Of a DNA stretch of 63,780 nucleotides, positions 13,701 to 27,339 are shown piece after piece. The translations under genes were made by a program, and so were the position numbers. The first letter of the stretch is position 1. The number at the start of each line of letters is the position of its first letter. The notes beneath the pieces are model-generated. The model was given only the letters and a program-made list of their open reading frames with translations, did not search any database and was not told the origin of the DNA. This stretch comes from Lama glama (lineage: Eukaryota): the NCBI GenBank assembly GCA_028534125.1, contig CM052817.1, positions 76,758,001 to 76,821,780 on the forward strand, given 5' to 3'.

Positions 13701-14699
13701 TTCGATTCTGCCAGCAATATCGATCTGTAAATGGGTTGCCCAAGGACAATAGCACCATTAATTGTTAAGTGATCTGAAAAGCAATCAGAGAGCTCCAGGC
13801 TCATGCACAAATGGATAGTCAGAGCTGTCGGCCTGATCAGATACGGTTATACTCGCCTGTGGACCAGTTGGACTCCTCAGAAATGTCCTCCATATCTGCC
13901 ACTTTCCCACTTCTCACAATAAGCACATGCCAAGCCTTATAGTTGGAAAATCTTGTTTCCTAAGAAGTTTTTGCACATATGTGAGCAAGAATCACATTGG
14001 TCTGACAAAGTCCTCCAGAGGGAGCTCAATTAGAAGCCAGACTCAGAAAAAAACAAAAAATATATATAAGGGTAAGAAAGATTTCACCTTCGTGTGAATT
14101 GAAAAGAATAATATGGTTGTAAAATCTAAAAATTATTCAAAAGCCATGCATGTATATTATTAGCATCTATAATTTCTCATCTAAGTCAACACACTACCAT
14201 TTCAAAACCCCACACACCCATTATCTCTCATCTAATGCAAAAACACACTAATTACATTCAACTCTTAAAATTAAAAACTCCAAAAAAATTATGTAAGAAT
14301 TTTAATAACTGTAAAGAACTGTGATGCCCACCCTTGGAATTAATATACACAAATATCACTGTATTGACTTCTTAATTAATAACCATTCTATTTCCCTTAT
14401 TTTCTGTGACATGGATAAAATATTAAATAATGTAAACAGTAAAATTATCTTTTACAGTAAATAGTTTGAAATTTATGTGTAATGATGACTTCAGACTAGG
14501 TACTTTTGGAATTGTCTCTTTGGGCTTGACTAATTTACCTGTTTAGAAAACTATCAGAAAATTATCAGTTACCACTCTTCTCAATACCTTCCATTGTCAT
14601 CTACCTTAGTGCCTATTATGTTTATCTTGCAAACTAAACTAAAAGCACAGAGGACTTGTTTTATTAATAATAGTAACAGATCTTCCACCCAAAGGATAA

Positions 14700-15199
14700 N
14701 NNNNNNNNNNNNNNNNNNNNNNNNNNNNNNNNNNNNNNNNNNNNNNNNNNNNNNNNNNNNNNNNNNNNNNNNNNNNNNNNNNNNNNNNNNNNNNNNNNNN
14801 NNNNNNNNNNNNNNNNNNNNNNNNNNNNNNNNNNNNNNNNNNNNNNNNNNNNNNNNNNNNNNNNNNNNNNNNNNNNNNNNNNNNNNNNNNNNNNNNNNNN
14901 NNNNNNNNNNNNNNNNNNNNNNNNNNNNNNNNNNNNNNNNNNNNNNNNNNNNNNNNNNNNNNNNNNNNNNNNNNNNNNNNNNNNNNNNNNNNNNNNNNNN
15001 NNNNNNNNNNNNNNNNNNNNNNNNNNNNNNNNNNNNNNNNNNNNNNNNNNNNNNNNNNNNNNNNNNNNNNNNNNNNNNNNNNNNNNNNNNNNNNNNNNNN
15101 NNNNNNNNNNNNNNNNNNNNNNNNNNNNNNNNNNNNNNNNNNNNNNNNNNNNNNNNNNNNNNNNNNNNNNNNNNNNNNNNNNNNNNNNNNNNNNNNNNN
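14700..15199. other. Assembly gap, exactly 500 N
   Basis: Run of N. The round size suggests a scaffolding placeholder. Confidence 0.99.
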
Positions 15200-16709
15200 G
15201 AAATGGAAGAAGTTGCCCAAGAGTTCCAGGTCCTTTGTAATGCAACCTAATGTTTCTATTAGATCAGATGCTCTGTTATCCATATGATTAATTGATTACA
15301 CTTTTACTTTGAATAAACTTTTCATAGTTCATTTCTTCTGAAAGCTATAATATGGTGACTCATATGTGAAAGACTTTTGAAATCCTAGGGTGTAGTAGAC
15401 ATAAAAATTATAGTATTACTGACACTTAAATAAAAAGTTTAAAAACAGGATATCATGACTTACACTGATTTCCTGGCTAATGAAGTTAAGATTTGTTTAG
15501 TTTTTATTTGGGGGCAATTAAAATGTTAATAATTTATGCAAAATACAGTCAGGAAAATATAGCACGATTATTCAGATTCACTACTGCTCCAAAGCAAAGC
15601 AATGTAGCATCTATTTATAACAGAACAGATTACAACTGACATAGTTATCAGTGTTTTGTCAAGATTCATCAATATTAATTTGAAAAGATTATACACTGAA
15701 AACAATCATCTATACAGGGATTTTTTTTTAAAGAATAAAGTGTTTGCTAGAAAATATTCTTATTTTGAAACACAGCATGATTGTAGATAAATTAAGCTGA
15801 ATAAAATGGTGATGTGTAGTATTTTTCTGAAGTGTTTGAGCAGAAAATACTCGGGGTTCCAGTATCATCCAATTGCTGACCATCTTTAGAGAGTCATCAG
15901 TTTTCAAAAACTCTTTTTGCAATCTGAATGGAATTATAAGATGGAAGTCTGAAATCCTGTCTCTGTATGCCAAAGCTTTTTGATAAACAGATTTAGGTTT
16001 CATTCAAAGAAGAGATGGAAATAGAAAATATTTCAGTTGGTTGGTCTCACTAAACATACAAATACCTCATTGAAATTCTAGTAGTGTACACATACTCTCC
16101 ACCATTAAATTTACTTTACACAGTGTAAGAGATATTTCATCAGTCCTAATCACTTGACTAGGTACAGTTGGTTGACCACTGGAGTTCTTTTGTTTTTCTT
16201 TTCCTATCTCTATATGACATTAAAGAGAAGAAAATTTTAAACCTCCTAACATCCATGGAAAATTCTAGTCTTTGTGTTTGATCCAAGAAAAAGTTAGCAA
16301 ACATGTGATGAGTAATAATAAAGCCAGCAAATCATACCTGGGAGCAGTGGCTAACACAGATAATCTGACCGCTGGCCTAATTGATAATAGGTTTTTTCTC
16401 AGTTTATTTTTTAATTGTTATTTATTTTTAAAAATATTTAAGATAGCAAGCAGTGCCTAGTATCAGTTCTTGTAAACTACCTTGTCAGTAGTCAATCCAC
16501 ATAGGATTGAATAAAAGCTGAAGTGTCTCAAGGGAAGGAAACAGCATGCCACTTCTCAGCAGACTGTCAACCCTTGGGGACCTATACTCTACCAGTAGGT
16601 CCAAGATCTTCAAACTCTATGTGCTCAGTTGTGAGAGGTTGACTTTACTGAATGAAGCAGAGTAAGAAAGTAATATACTGAAATTTAGGAAGGTAATAAA
16701 AATGAAAGG

Positions 16710-17515
16710 TATGAGGTATCACCTTACACCAGTCAGAACTGCCATCATTCAAAAGCCCATAAACGATAAATGCTGGAGAAAGTGTGAAGAAAAGGGAACC
16801 CTTCTGCACTGTTGGTGGGAATGTAGTTTGGTGAAGTCCTCAAAAGATTGAAAATAGACTTACCATATGATCCAGCAATCCTGCTTCTGGGCATATATCT
16901 GGAGGAAATTCTAATTTGAAAAGACACATGCACCTCATAGCAGCACCATTTACAATAGCCAGGACATGGAAACAACCTAAATGTCCATCAACAGATGACT
17001 GGGTAAAGAAGTTGTGGTATATTTATACAATGGAATACTACTTGGCCATAAAAAAGAATGAAATAATGCCATTTGCAGCAACATTGATGGACCTGGAGAT
17101 CATCATTCTAAGTGAAGTAAGCCAGAAAGAGAAAGAAAAATACCATATAATATCACTTTTAGGTGCAATCTAAAAAAAAAAAAGGCAAACAAATGTATTT
17201 ACAAAAAAGAAACAGACTCACAGACATAGAAAACAAACTTATGGTTACCAAGGGGGAAGGGGGTGTGAAAGGGTAAATTGAGAGTTCGAGATTTGCAGAT
17301 ACTAACTACTATATATAAAATAGATAAACAACAAGTTTATACTGTATAGCACAGAGAACTATATTCAAGATCTTGTAGTAACTTGTGCTGAAAAAGAATA
17401 TGAAAATGAATACATGTATGTTCATGTATGACTGAAGCATTATGCTGTACACAAGAAATTGACAAAACATTGTAAACTGGCTATACTTCAATATAAATAT
17501 ATATTTAAAAAAAGA
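16710..17515 (+). mobile_element. Camelid-type L1 3' end (ORF2 C-terminus plus 3' UTR)
   Basis: Translates to FTIARTWKQPKCPSTDDWVKKLWYIYTMEYY, the L1 ORF2 C-terminus. The 3' UTR ends 'ctatacttcaat' plus an A-rich tail. Confidence 0.95.
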
Positions 17516-17524
17516 AAACACATA

Positions 17525-17800
17525 TAAAATCAGAATCACTTCTTACCATTTCTACTCTTTCTATCCCAAGACATAACAATCCACCCTGTTTTACACCTTA
17601 CATTCATATAATCTGTTTACAACACAGCAAGCAGAAGGATCTTCTTAAAACTTAAGAGTCTGTCACTCTTCTGTTTAAACTCTCCAAAGACTTCCCATGG
17701 CTTTCAGAATAAAAGCCAAAGTTCTCAGAACTTCCTGTAAAGCTCTAATGATCTAATCCTTATCTCTCTAACACCATTTTCTGTTACTCTCTTTAAGTCC
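17525..17800 (+). mobile_element. L2 fragment
   Basis: 'acacagcaagcagaaggatcttcttaaaac...tgtcactcttctgtttaaactctccaaagacttcccatggctttcagaataaaagccaaag' is typical L2. Confidence 0.75.
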
Positions 17801-18369
17801 TTTAAGAGCACTAAGAATTTTATTATATAAACCAAAACCTCACAAATTTTATTACCCTAAAGTAGTATCAGACAAGGGAAAATTTACAGTACTAAAGAAT
17901 TTCAATTATATCATTTTCCACTACTCTTTAAAAATAAGAAGTAAGGTTGTTAATGGCCTATATTTAATTTTGATGGTAAAGATTAAAATATTATAAAATG
18001 AATTAGCTATTCATTAGTTACTGTATCTCTAAGCACTTCTATGATGTGATTTAAATACAAAGTCAGGTCTGAGACTGAAGTCTTGCATCTTTAAGTGAAC
18101 ACTGAAATCTCCTTTTACAATATTCTCAAGTACTTAATCATATGCTATTTTAAAGGGATTATAAATAATATTCACAATCAGTATTATGTTTTCACTAATA
18201 TTTGTGGGTAGACTATATAAAGGAAATGATTTCTCTATTAAAAGAAATGCATTTTAGTATTTATAGTATTTCTTCTTAAATCAACTTGTGTAAAATGTTG
18301 CATCTCTTAATGTCCCTTATAAGGGATGTCAACAATAGACTGTTGAAAATTTTATGTTAAAATAAAAAG

Positions 18370-19213
18370 GTATGTATGAAGTAACAAGAAACATATATAT
18401 GTATTAGTCTCTTCCCCTAGTTCCTGACACAGAGCCCTCTAAAATCCTTGTAATCTCCTGAATTTCGGGTACTAAAAGAATTTTTTGTTCCAATATTTGG
18501 TCTTTTAACTTCAGTTCCTGACAAAAGAGCTTCTAAGACCCTTGGAATTTCCAGAGTGATGTTTGTTTGTATGCTAAGAAAATGTCAGGAGATAGGGGTC
18601 CCTATATAACTTGGGGATGGCGGCTGGTCACAAGAAGGCCCAAGCCATGATAAGAAGCTTGAAACTTTCAGCCCCAAGCCTCATCCTCTAGAGGGAGGAG
18701 AGGCTGGAGAATGAGTTAATAATCATTTATGCCTACATGATGAAGCCTCCATAAAAAATTTCTAAACCATGAGGTTAGAGAGCTTGGAGGTTGATGAACA
18801 CACCCACATGTCTGGCGAGTAGAACCTGTGGCTCCACAGGAATAAAAGCTTAGGACCCTTCCAGACTGTACTTCACATACCTCTTCATCTGGCTGCTCAT
18901 CTGTATCTTTTATGACATCCTTTGTAAGAAACTTGTAAACAAAAGTGTTTCCCTGAGTTCTGTGAGCATTTATAGCAAATTATTGGAACTGAGAAGGGGG
19001 GTGTGGGAATCCCTGATTTGTAACTAAGTTGGATAAAAGTGTGGGTAACCTGGGGACCCACTGCTTATGATTGGCATCTCAAGTCTTGTAGGACCAAGCC
19101 CTAAACTTGTGGAATCTGTACCAGCTCCACTTAGTGTCAGAATTGCTTGGTGTGGAAAAAATACATTTGATGTCAGAAGTGTCATGACTAGTAGAGAAAT
19201 AGTTTTCCTTTCA
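18370..19213 (+). mobile_element. MER21-like solo LTR
   Basis: Duplicated 'agttcctgaca..agagc..ctaa.a.ccttg.aat' block, plus 'cctcttcatctggctg' and 'gtgtttccctgagttctgtgagc...tagcaaatta'. Homologous to the reverse complement of 33878-34699. Confidence 0.85.
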
Positions 19214-20044
19214 GTGTGACTATAAGATTTCAGTAGTGAAATTGTTAGGAAGTTAGATAAGTGGGGGCAGCAGGCAGATAATGTGGAGGAGAGGGAGAAT
19301 GATCTGGAAGATGATGTGATGCCCACCTGCAGCATAAAGGGGTTTTACTTCCTCTAAATGAGTGCCAGCAAGAAACTGGTTAAAACCCACCAGCCAAGAC
19401 TGCAAGCTACTTAGTGACAAGGACCTGACGGGACATGACCCAGTGCTCATTGTAATATAATTAGCATTGCTGTTTAGACCCACCCACCACCCCGAGGGTT
19501 TTTCTGTGTGCATCATGGGTAAGGACATGCAATGTAAGGACAATAAATCATGTGGTCACCTCACTTCTTATTTCACCTACATCTTAGTCATCAGTCCTCT
19601 TTATAGTTTTGCCCAGGTAGAGGAAGTTTCAGAGAATTTAGCAAGACTTTCTTTATCTCTTCATCAAGTCACTTTCTTCACCTTCTTCAGAGAAGAGCTT
19701 GACTCAAGTTTTCATTGAGGCACATTTGATTAACAACACAACGTGATGGCATTTTTCCTATTTTAAAATCTCTCAGTGATCTAAAATAAGACATTTGATT
19801 TATTAAGCAACATTTTAAAGTTGTTTACCTTAGTGCAATTTTACATTTTATACAATGTGATCTTGGACAGTATGCTGCACTTTTCTGTGTGTTCATTTAT
19901 TTACTAGCATTATCTTTTTTTTTTTTCAAGAAGAATTTAGGTCAGTTAAAATAAGACATACACAAGGCAGGTTAGAAAAAGAAAATCTGGATCAAAGAGA
20001 AAGAAAAATGTAACTCTGGTAAGAGAAATTGTCAAAATATTTTC

Positions 20045-20540
20045 TGTAGATTAGTTTACTATTGCTGCTGTGGCAAGTGATCACCAACTTGGTGACTTAA
20101 AACAACACAAACCTATTCCCATTCAGTTCTACAGATCAGAAGTCCAACAAGGATCTCACTGAGCTAAGATCAAGACTTTGGCAGAGTCCATTACTTTCTG
20201 AAGGTTCTAGAGGAGAACTCTGTTTCCTTGATTTTTTACCTCCTAGAGGCCACTCATTGTCCTGAGCTTGTGGTCCCTTTTCTTCAAGCCAGTGACACCA
20301 GGCCAAGTCCCTCTCATGTTGCCATCTCTCTTTCTATCCTTCTTTTACTTTTGAATATTCTGTGGTTACTTTGGGCCCCACCCTGGATAAGCAGGATAAT
20401 CTCACTATCTTAAAGTCAGCTGACTTGCAAATTTAATTCCATCTGCAGACTTAATTTTCCTCAGCCACGCAACCTAATATTCATAGGTTTCAGTGATTGG
20501 ACATAGACTTATTTAGGGAACCATTATTCTGCGTACCATA
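20045..20540 (-). mobile_element. MaLR solo LTR (MLT1D-like)
   Basis: About 500 bp. 'attgctgctgt...gacttaaaacaacacaaa...tcagaagtccaaca...ctagaggagaa...ctggataagcaggataatctc...ccattattctgc'. Confidence 0.88.
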
Positions 20541-21771
20541 GTAATTGATCTTTAAATTTCACTCTTAAGTTCCTGGCAATCAAAAGAAGGAGGGGAGGTA
20601 GCAAAGTAAATCCTACATCCAAAAATCATAAAATATGCCAGTTGCCAAAGAGAGAAAAATTTTCCCTAACAATATTTGTTGAAAAATATTTATCATAAAG
20701 GTCTTCAATATAAAACAATGACTATTCTCGTGAACTATAGTATCACAGTACTTTTTTTCCCTACAAATTGAAAATCATGCTTTATATGACTTTTGGGGGG
20801 AGGGGAAATGGAGCTTGCAAAATCATTCAACACTACTTAGAGATTTTTTTTTCTCATTTAAAAATAACTCTTCATGCTGAGAACTTGCCTTATGCAGGAA
20901 ATACTTGTTGAATTGCTTAGACCTCCAGTGACAGGCATCTTGAAACAATCAATGAAAAGTATCATTAATAAAAATCTTTCAGCAACAGAAAATTTAAATA
21001 GATGCAGCAATTCTTGAGCTTTCCCTTTTTGGTATTCTGAAAAAGTGGCTAGCCCACTGTGATTCAAGAGTGGCTCGTAGCCTGCTTGATCAGAGAACAG
21101 AGTTTACGAAATAAGAATAGATGCAAATTATATGTTCAAAATATTAGCGTTATATAAAGACATTCATGAAATGATCTATTTTTGCCCAAGGAGGGACCTA
21201 CAAATACTATGCAAGATAAATTCTCTTAAAATTATAAGGGTTATTACTTTAATGAATGCTACTTACTATTAGTGCTGAGCTACAAAGACAAATAAACAAT
21301 GGGCTGTATAAAAAGAGTTAAATCAATGTGGAAAATGACCACTATTAAAAGAAGACTATAAGGAATGTAAATAATCAAGAGGCATTAACAAAATAGAGTT
21401 TGCTGTGTACTTGGAAAAATAAAATTAATTTTTATAATTACAAATCACATTTTGTTCTTGCCATGTATCTAGAAAGATAAATCTTGTCACTTTGTTGAGA
21501 GGTTGTGACAAGGGATTTTTTTTTCCCAAAACAAAATAAAATAAACCAAAAAAAGAAAACTCTTGTTCAAAAATTTTAAAAAGGCAACCAAATATCCAAG
21601 GGTTGGGAGGAGGGGGACTTTCGTTGTTTGTTTTTAAATTCATAACAACAAACGTGGAGTACTACTTATTTTAAATCTAGCTTTGGAAATCAAAGATACT
21701 GTCTGCCAGAAACTAGCTGTTTTATAAAACATGTCTTCTATTATTGTATGATATACTTCAAGTAAAAGGTT

Positions 21772-24700
21772 TGGACTGCCAGTTTCCAGGCCAGCATGTA
21801 AGAAGCTTGGAAGTTGTCACTCATATCAACAAGTAAAAAGCTAAACAAACTAAAAAGTCAATACTCTTCTTGGATCCTCCAGAAAGTGAGGTCACTGGGA
21901 AAACCTCTCCCCCAGATTGAAGAAACAGACAGGCAAATACAGAGAATCACAACTTGCTGAAGCAGAAACCTCCACAGAAACCAGTGTTGGGCTACTTTTA
22001 TCCAGTACATCATGTCTGGTGATAAAGAAAAATTTACATGGCATATTAAAAGGCAAAAACACAGCTTGAAGAGACAAAGCAAGCATCAGAACCAGACTCA
22101 GATCTGGCATGGATGTTGATTCGAATTATTAGACCAGGCATTTAAAGCAACTGTGATAAGAAGCAAAGGTCTTTAACAGATAAAGCAGACATAATCCAAG
22201 AACAGATGGATCATGAAAACACAGACAGAAATTCTAAGAAGGAACCAAAACAAATGCTAGAGATAAAAAGCACTGTAGCAAAACTGAAGAGTCCCTTTGA
22301 TGGGCCCATTAGTAGACTGCACACAGATGAAGAAAGAATATCTGAGCTTGAGGATGTGTCAATAGAAACTTCCGAAACAGAAAAACAAAGAGAAAAAAAG
22401 ACTGGGAATAAAAAGAAAGAAGAGAATATCCAAGAACTGTGGGACAACTACAAAAGTGTAACAGACACCTAGTGAAAATTCTAGGAGGAGAAGAAAGAGA
22501 GAAAAGAACAGAAGAAATATTTGAGCAATCACGACAGAATATTTCAAAATTAGTGTTAGACGCCAAACTACAGACCCATTTCACCAAGTAGAATAAATGC
22601 AAAAACCCCAAAAAACTAAAAAACTACACTCAGGCATATCATAGTCAAACTGTGGAAAATCAAAGACAAAATCTTGAAAGAAGCCAGACGAAAAAAACTT
22701 ACCTATAGAGGAGTAATGATAATAATTACAACTGAATTCTGCAAATCAATGCAAAAAAGAAGAGTGGAATAAAATATTTAAAGCATTAAGAGAAAAACAA
22801 AACACTAACCTAGAATTCTTTACCCTGAAAAATTATCCTTCAAACATGGAGAAATAAAGACTTTCTCAGACAAACAAAAACTGAGGGTATCGGTTGCCAG
22901 TAAACCTGACTTCCAAGAAATGTTAAAGGAAGTTCTTCATAGAGAAGGAAAATGATATAGATCAGAAAATTAAAATTACATGATGGCAGGAAGAACACTG
23001 AAGAAGGAATAAGTAAAGATAAAATTAAAACCTGTATTTTTCTTATTCTTAATTCATCTAACATTTGTTCAAAATAATAATAGAAACAATGTATTCAATT
23101 ATATATTTATCTATCTACTTATATATGCTTATGTATAAATAAAAAGTGTGACAACAATAATGTAACTGACAGGAGGGGGGAATTAGGATTATTTTGTCAT
23201 TATAATGGCCCTCACACTACCTACGAGGTGGCAGAATGCTATCACAAAGTAGACTTGGATTAGTTGTAAGTGTATATTGCAAATTCTGGACCACTACTAA
23301 AATTTTTTTAAGTATAGCTATTATGCTAAGGAAGAAGATAAAATGGGATCATATAAAATTCTCAATTAAAACTATAAATGGCAGAAGAGTGGAAGACAAA
23401 AATAGAAACAAAGAACAAGGACAATGATTAGAAAATAATAACAAATATGGTAGGCATTACTCTAACTAGGTCAATATTCATTTTAAACATCAATGGCCTA
23501 AATATACTAATTAAAAGACAGAGATTGTCAGAGTTGAACAAGAACCAAGACCTAATTATATGTTGTCTATAAGAAACCCACTTTAAATATGAAGACACTA
23601 AAGATTTAACGGTAAATCAAGGAGAAAGATACATCATGCTAGTACTAACCAAAGGAAAGCAGGAGTACCTATATTAATTTCAGACAGAGCAGACTTCAGA
23701 GCAAGGAAAGCTGTCAGGGATAAACAGGGACATAGTGTAGTGATAAAGAGGTCCGTTCTCTAAGAAGACGTAACAGTTGTTAATGTGTTTACACCTAACA
23801 AGAGAGTGTCAAAATATGTGAGGCAAAAACTGATAAAATGCAAAGAGAAATAAATGAATCTACCACTACTACTATTGGAAACTTCACCACCTCTCTATCA
23901 GATAAGGACAGATCCAGCAGGCAGAAAATCAGCAAGGACATAGTTGCACTCAACATCACCATCATTGCTATGTATTGTCTGTTTCATCCAACAATAGCAG
24001 AATACACACTCTTCTCAAGCTCACTTGAGACAGACCACATTCTGGGCCATAAAACATACCTTAACAAATTTAAAAGAAAAGAAATCATACGATGTCTACT
24101 ATCAGAGTACAATGGAATTAAACGAGAAATCAGTAACAGAAAGATAGCTGTAAAATCTCAAAATATTTGAGAATTGAACAACACACTTCTAAATAACATG
24201 AGTCAGAAGTATCAAGAGAAATTTAAAAAATATTTTGAACTAAATGAAAATGAAAATACTTAAAATTTGTGAAATGCAGGGAAAGCAGGTTAGAGGGAAA
24301 TTTATAGCACTGAATGCATACATTAGGAAAGAAGAAGATCTAAAATCGGTCATCTAAACTTCCACTTTCAGAAACTAAAAAAACAGGGCAAATTGGATCC
24401 AAAGAGCAGCCAAAGTAAGCAAAAAAGAAGAAAAATTAGAAAAATAAAATAAAATTGAAAACAGGAATCAATAGAGAAAATCAACAAAAATAAAAGCTAG
24501 CTCTTTGAAAAAATCAATGCTTGATAACCCTCTAGCCACGATAACTAAGAAATAAAGAGAAGATACAAATCACTAACACCAGAAATTTTAAAAGGAGACA
24601 TCACTAAAGATCCCATGAACATCAAAAGCATAATAAAGGAAAAGTAAAACTAGCTCTGGCTCAAACGTTTGTAACTTAGATGAAGTGGACAAATTCCTTG

Positions 24701-25085
24701 AAAGAAACAATCTGTCAATAATCATACCAAGAAAAAATAGAAAACAGAAGACAAGACATGGACAAGGAGAAAATATTTGCAGAAGATATATCTGACAAAG
24801 GATTGTTCTGCAAAATAAACAAAGAACTCTTAAATTTCAATGATAAGAAAAAACCCAAATTGTACAGTCACATTGGTAAATAGTTTGGCAGTTTTTTTCC
24901 AAGCTAAATATAATGATGCGTCAATGCAGTTCATCGATTGTAACAAATGTACCATTCCGGTATGAGATTTCGATAGCTGGGGAGACCAGGTGTATGTGGA
25001 GGCAAAGGACATAGGAAATTTCTGTATCTTCCATTCAACTTCACTATGAACCTAAAACTACCCTAAAAACAAGGTCTATTGAATA
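21772..25085 (+). mobile_element. Old L1 (L1MC/L1M4-type) keeping its 5' region, ORF1, ORF2 endonuclease and 3' end, with large internal deletions
   Basis: ORF1 remnant (FDGPISRLHTDEERISELEDVSIE, 22206-22472). ORF2 EN remnant from about 23450 ('aacatcaatggcctaaatatactaattaaaagacagagatt'; GNFTTSLS; DHILGHK). L1MC-type 3' end at 25030-25085. Confidence 0.9.
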
Positions 25086-25883
25086 ATTTAAGGATAAATT
25101 TTACAGAAAAGGTTTCAGTGCTTGCTACAGATAGAGGTAATGCATCTGGATTAATGTAATAAAATTTTTTAGTTTCCATGTTTTCATTATTTAGTTAAAT
25201 TTGCATTATGTATACATCATGCTATAAAATAATTTAATAATTAAAAATAAGCATTGCTACTGATTGCAAGATAGAAGATTCTGAATTATCCATTATTTTT
25301 GTATACCTATAATTTTAAAAGATAAAAATATCTACATTAAAATAAAAATATTAAGAGGCCGAAGAGATTTATAGGCCTCACATCCCCTCACTCCCCTAAA
25401 AGCACAATTTGCCAAAGAAACAAAGATTCTTCTATATGCTTTTTGAGGATATTATGGGACATTCTGCAAAGTCATAGAAGGATTTAAATAAATATTTCAT
25501 TCATTAAACGCACAGGGGATTTACAAGTAAAAGAAATGTCATTGCTTCTGAAGACTTCATGCCTAGATGAATACAGGTGCTCCATCCCAGAAAGGTATAC
25601 GATCCATTATCAATTAATTATTAAGCACCTACCTTATAACATTGAATATAATATAAAGAAAGACTATACATGGCCCTGTAATATTACCAGGAAAGGGAAG
25701 AAATAAAGGTTTCAAATGGAGATTGTATATGAATTGCAGAATGGGTGAAATTGGGAGCACAGACTTATTAATTTAAATATAATTATTTCTTTTGTTTTAT
25801 TATAATTATATGAAAAGGATTTTTTGTAACAATAAAACAAAAAGTTAAACTAATGGCACAGTTGTCTTCTCCACCCATAAAGA

Positions 25884-25949
25884 CTCAAGTCATATTTCTT
25901 TTGTGTTGTTGTCATTGTTATTGTTCAAGGGTCTCAAGTCATATTTCTT
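25884..25949 (-). repeat. 17-bp direct repeat around a 32-bp A-rich (minus strand) insert; probable micro-retroinsertion
   Basis: CTCAAGTCATATTTCTT at 25884-25900 and 25933-25949. Confidence 0.7.
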
Positions 25950-25984
25950 ATTCCTAATTTCCATAAGCAAAGAAAAGATTGGTC

Positions 25985-26275
25985 ATAAAATTATACTATG
26001 AATCCCTTTTGTAATATATAGGTACATATGTTTACGTGTGAATATATATGTATAAAATATATGCCACTGCATATATATTAATAAATAAAAGAATTATATT
26101 GATACTAATACATATATAACATACAGAGAAAAGTCTGGATGTATATATAAAAAACCTTAACAGTGGTTATTCCTAGGTAATAGACATAATTTTATCTGAT
26201 TAATGATTCTTCTTACTTTGTTTTACTTTCTAGTGATCGTGAATTGTGTTTATAATCCTGAAAAATAACAAGTTC
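25985..26275 (+). mobile_element. L1ME-type 3' end fragment
   Basis: 'agagaaaagtctggatgtatatat...ttaacagtggttattcctagg...gtttataatcctgaaaaataaca'. Confidence 0.6.
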
Positions 26276-26540
26276 ATAAAAAGACTCATTTCTAAAATTT
26301 AAAATTTACATAGTGAAATATTCATATTTCAGTTCACCATAAAATTAACAGTAGTTTCTAAGAAAAAAATAATAGACAAATAGTAGTAAAGGAAGTGAAA
26401 GGCTCCAAACAAAATATTTTTAACTCTGATTCTATCAAGATCTGAATACACAAACTTGAACTAATTTAATAATTTTGAAAACCCTGTTATTTAGAAGAAA
26501 AGATGATTATATACATCATATGATTACAGTGATAACTTAC

Positions 26541-26595
26541 AACAAAATCGCGGTTTGGGAAAAAAACACTTGAGTCACCTACATGTTTCTGAATA
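26541..26595 (-). other. Candidate 55-nt exon
   Basis: Strong minus-strand acceptor 'tttcccccctttttttccttttatttttag|TATTCAG' and donor 'GTT|gtaagt'. Splice motifs only. Confidence 0.35.
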
Positions 26596-27339
26596 CTAAA
26601 AATAAAAGGAAAAAAAGGGGGGAAAGGTATTTTGTTTCACACATATTTAACTACTATTTTACTTGCAACTCTTCACTGATTAAAGAAGTCGATTTTGACC
26701 AGAATAGTTACAATGGATCATCCCACAGCAAGAAGTTAGTCAGCCTCTGTGATTGATTCAGCCTACTATAGAAAAGCTACTAAACAGTAACTTTTCTGTC
26801 CTTTATAATTTAATATGACAAACATAATGCGGTGACAATAGTCATGGACATGCAGTAACTACTCAAAAGATTATGATACAAATTTTTATGAGTTGCATGT
26901 AAGTTATTTTTAAGAGTTTGAGAATATAACCAACATTTGGAAAGTGTTTTCACGTTTCATAATACACATTGCTTTGTTCTTACCAGCAGTGGCCAAATAA
27001 GACATGTTAACAAAGATTTCATCTATTTAAAACTCTTCTCTAAACGTTGTGGATTGTTTTCTTTGGTGTAGGGGGGTGAGTGATTTTAGAAATATATCAA
27101 TAGGACAGCTAGTCATTTTACTGGAAAATTAATTAGGAACAAAACCTTATCCTCGGTAATACATGTGTGCATATAAAGTAATGATGGGGAAAGGTAAATA
27201 GACGCATTTGAACATAATTTTTGCACACGTGTACATTAGCTTTCCACAAATTGTTAGTTGTACTTTAAATCACATATAAAAATAGTTGTAACACCAAAAA
27301 TTATCCTAATTCACAGCAGAGATTTTGTCAGAACCGTTT

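Noticed and set aside
14594..15283. The three longest ORFs (193-218 aa)
   Set aside because: Artefacts of translating through the N gap.
16916..17173. Protein-like ORFs here and at 22206, 23838, 56020 and 62182
   Set aside because: Fragments of L1 ORF1/ORF2 in truncated, mutated copies. Not host genes.
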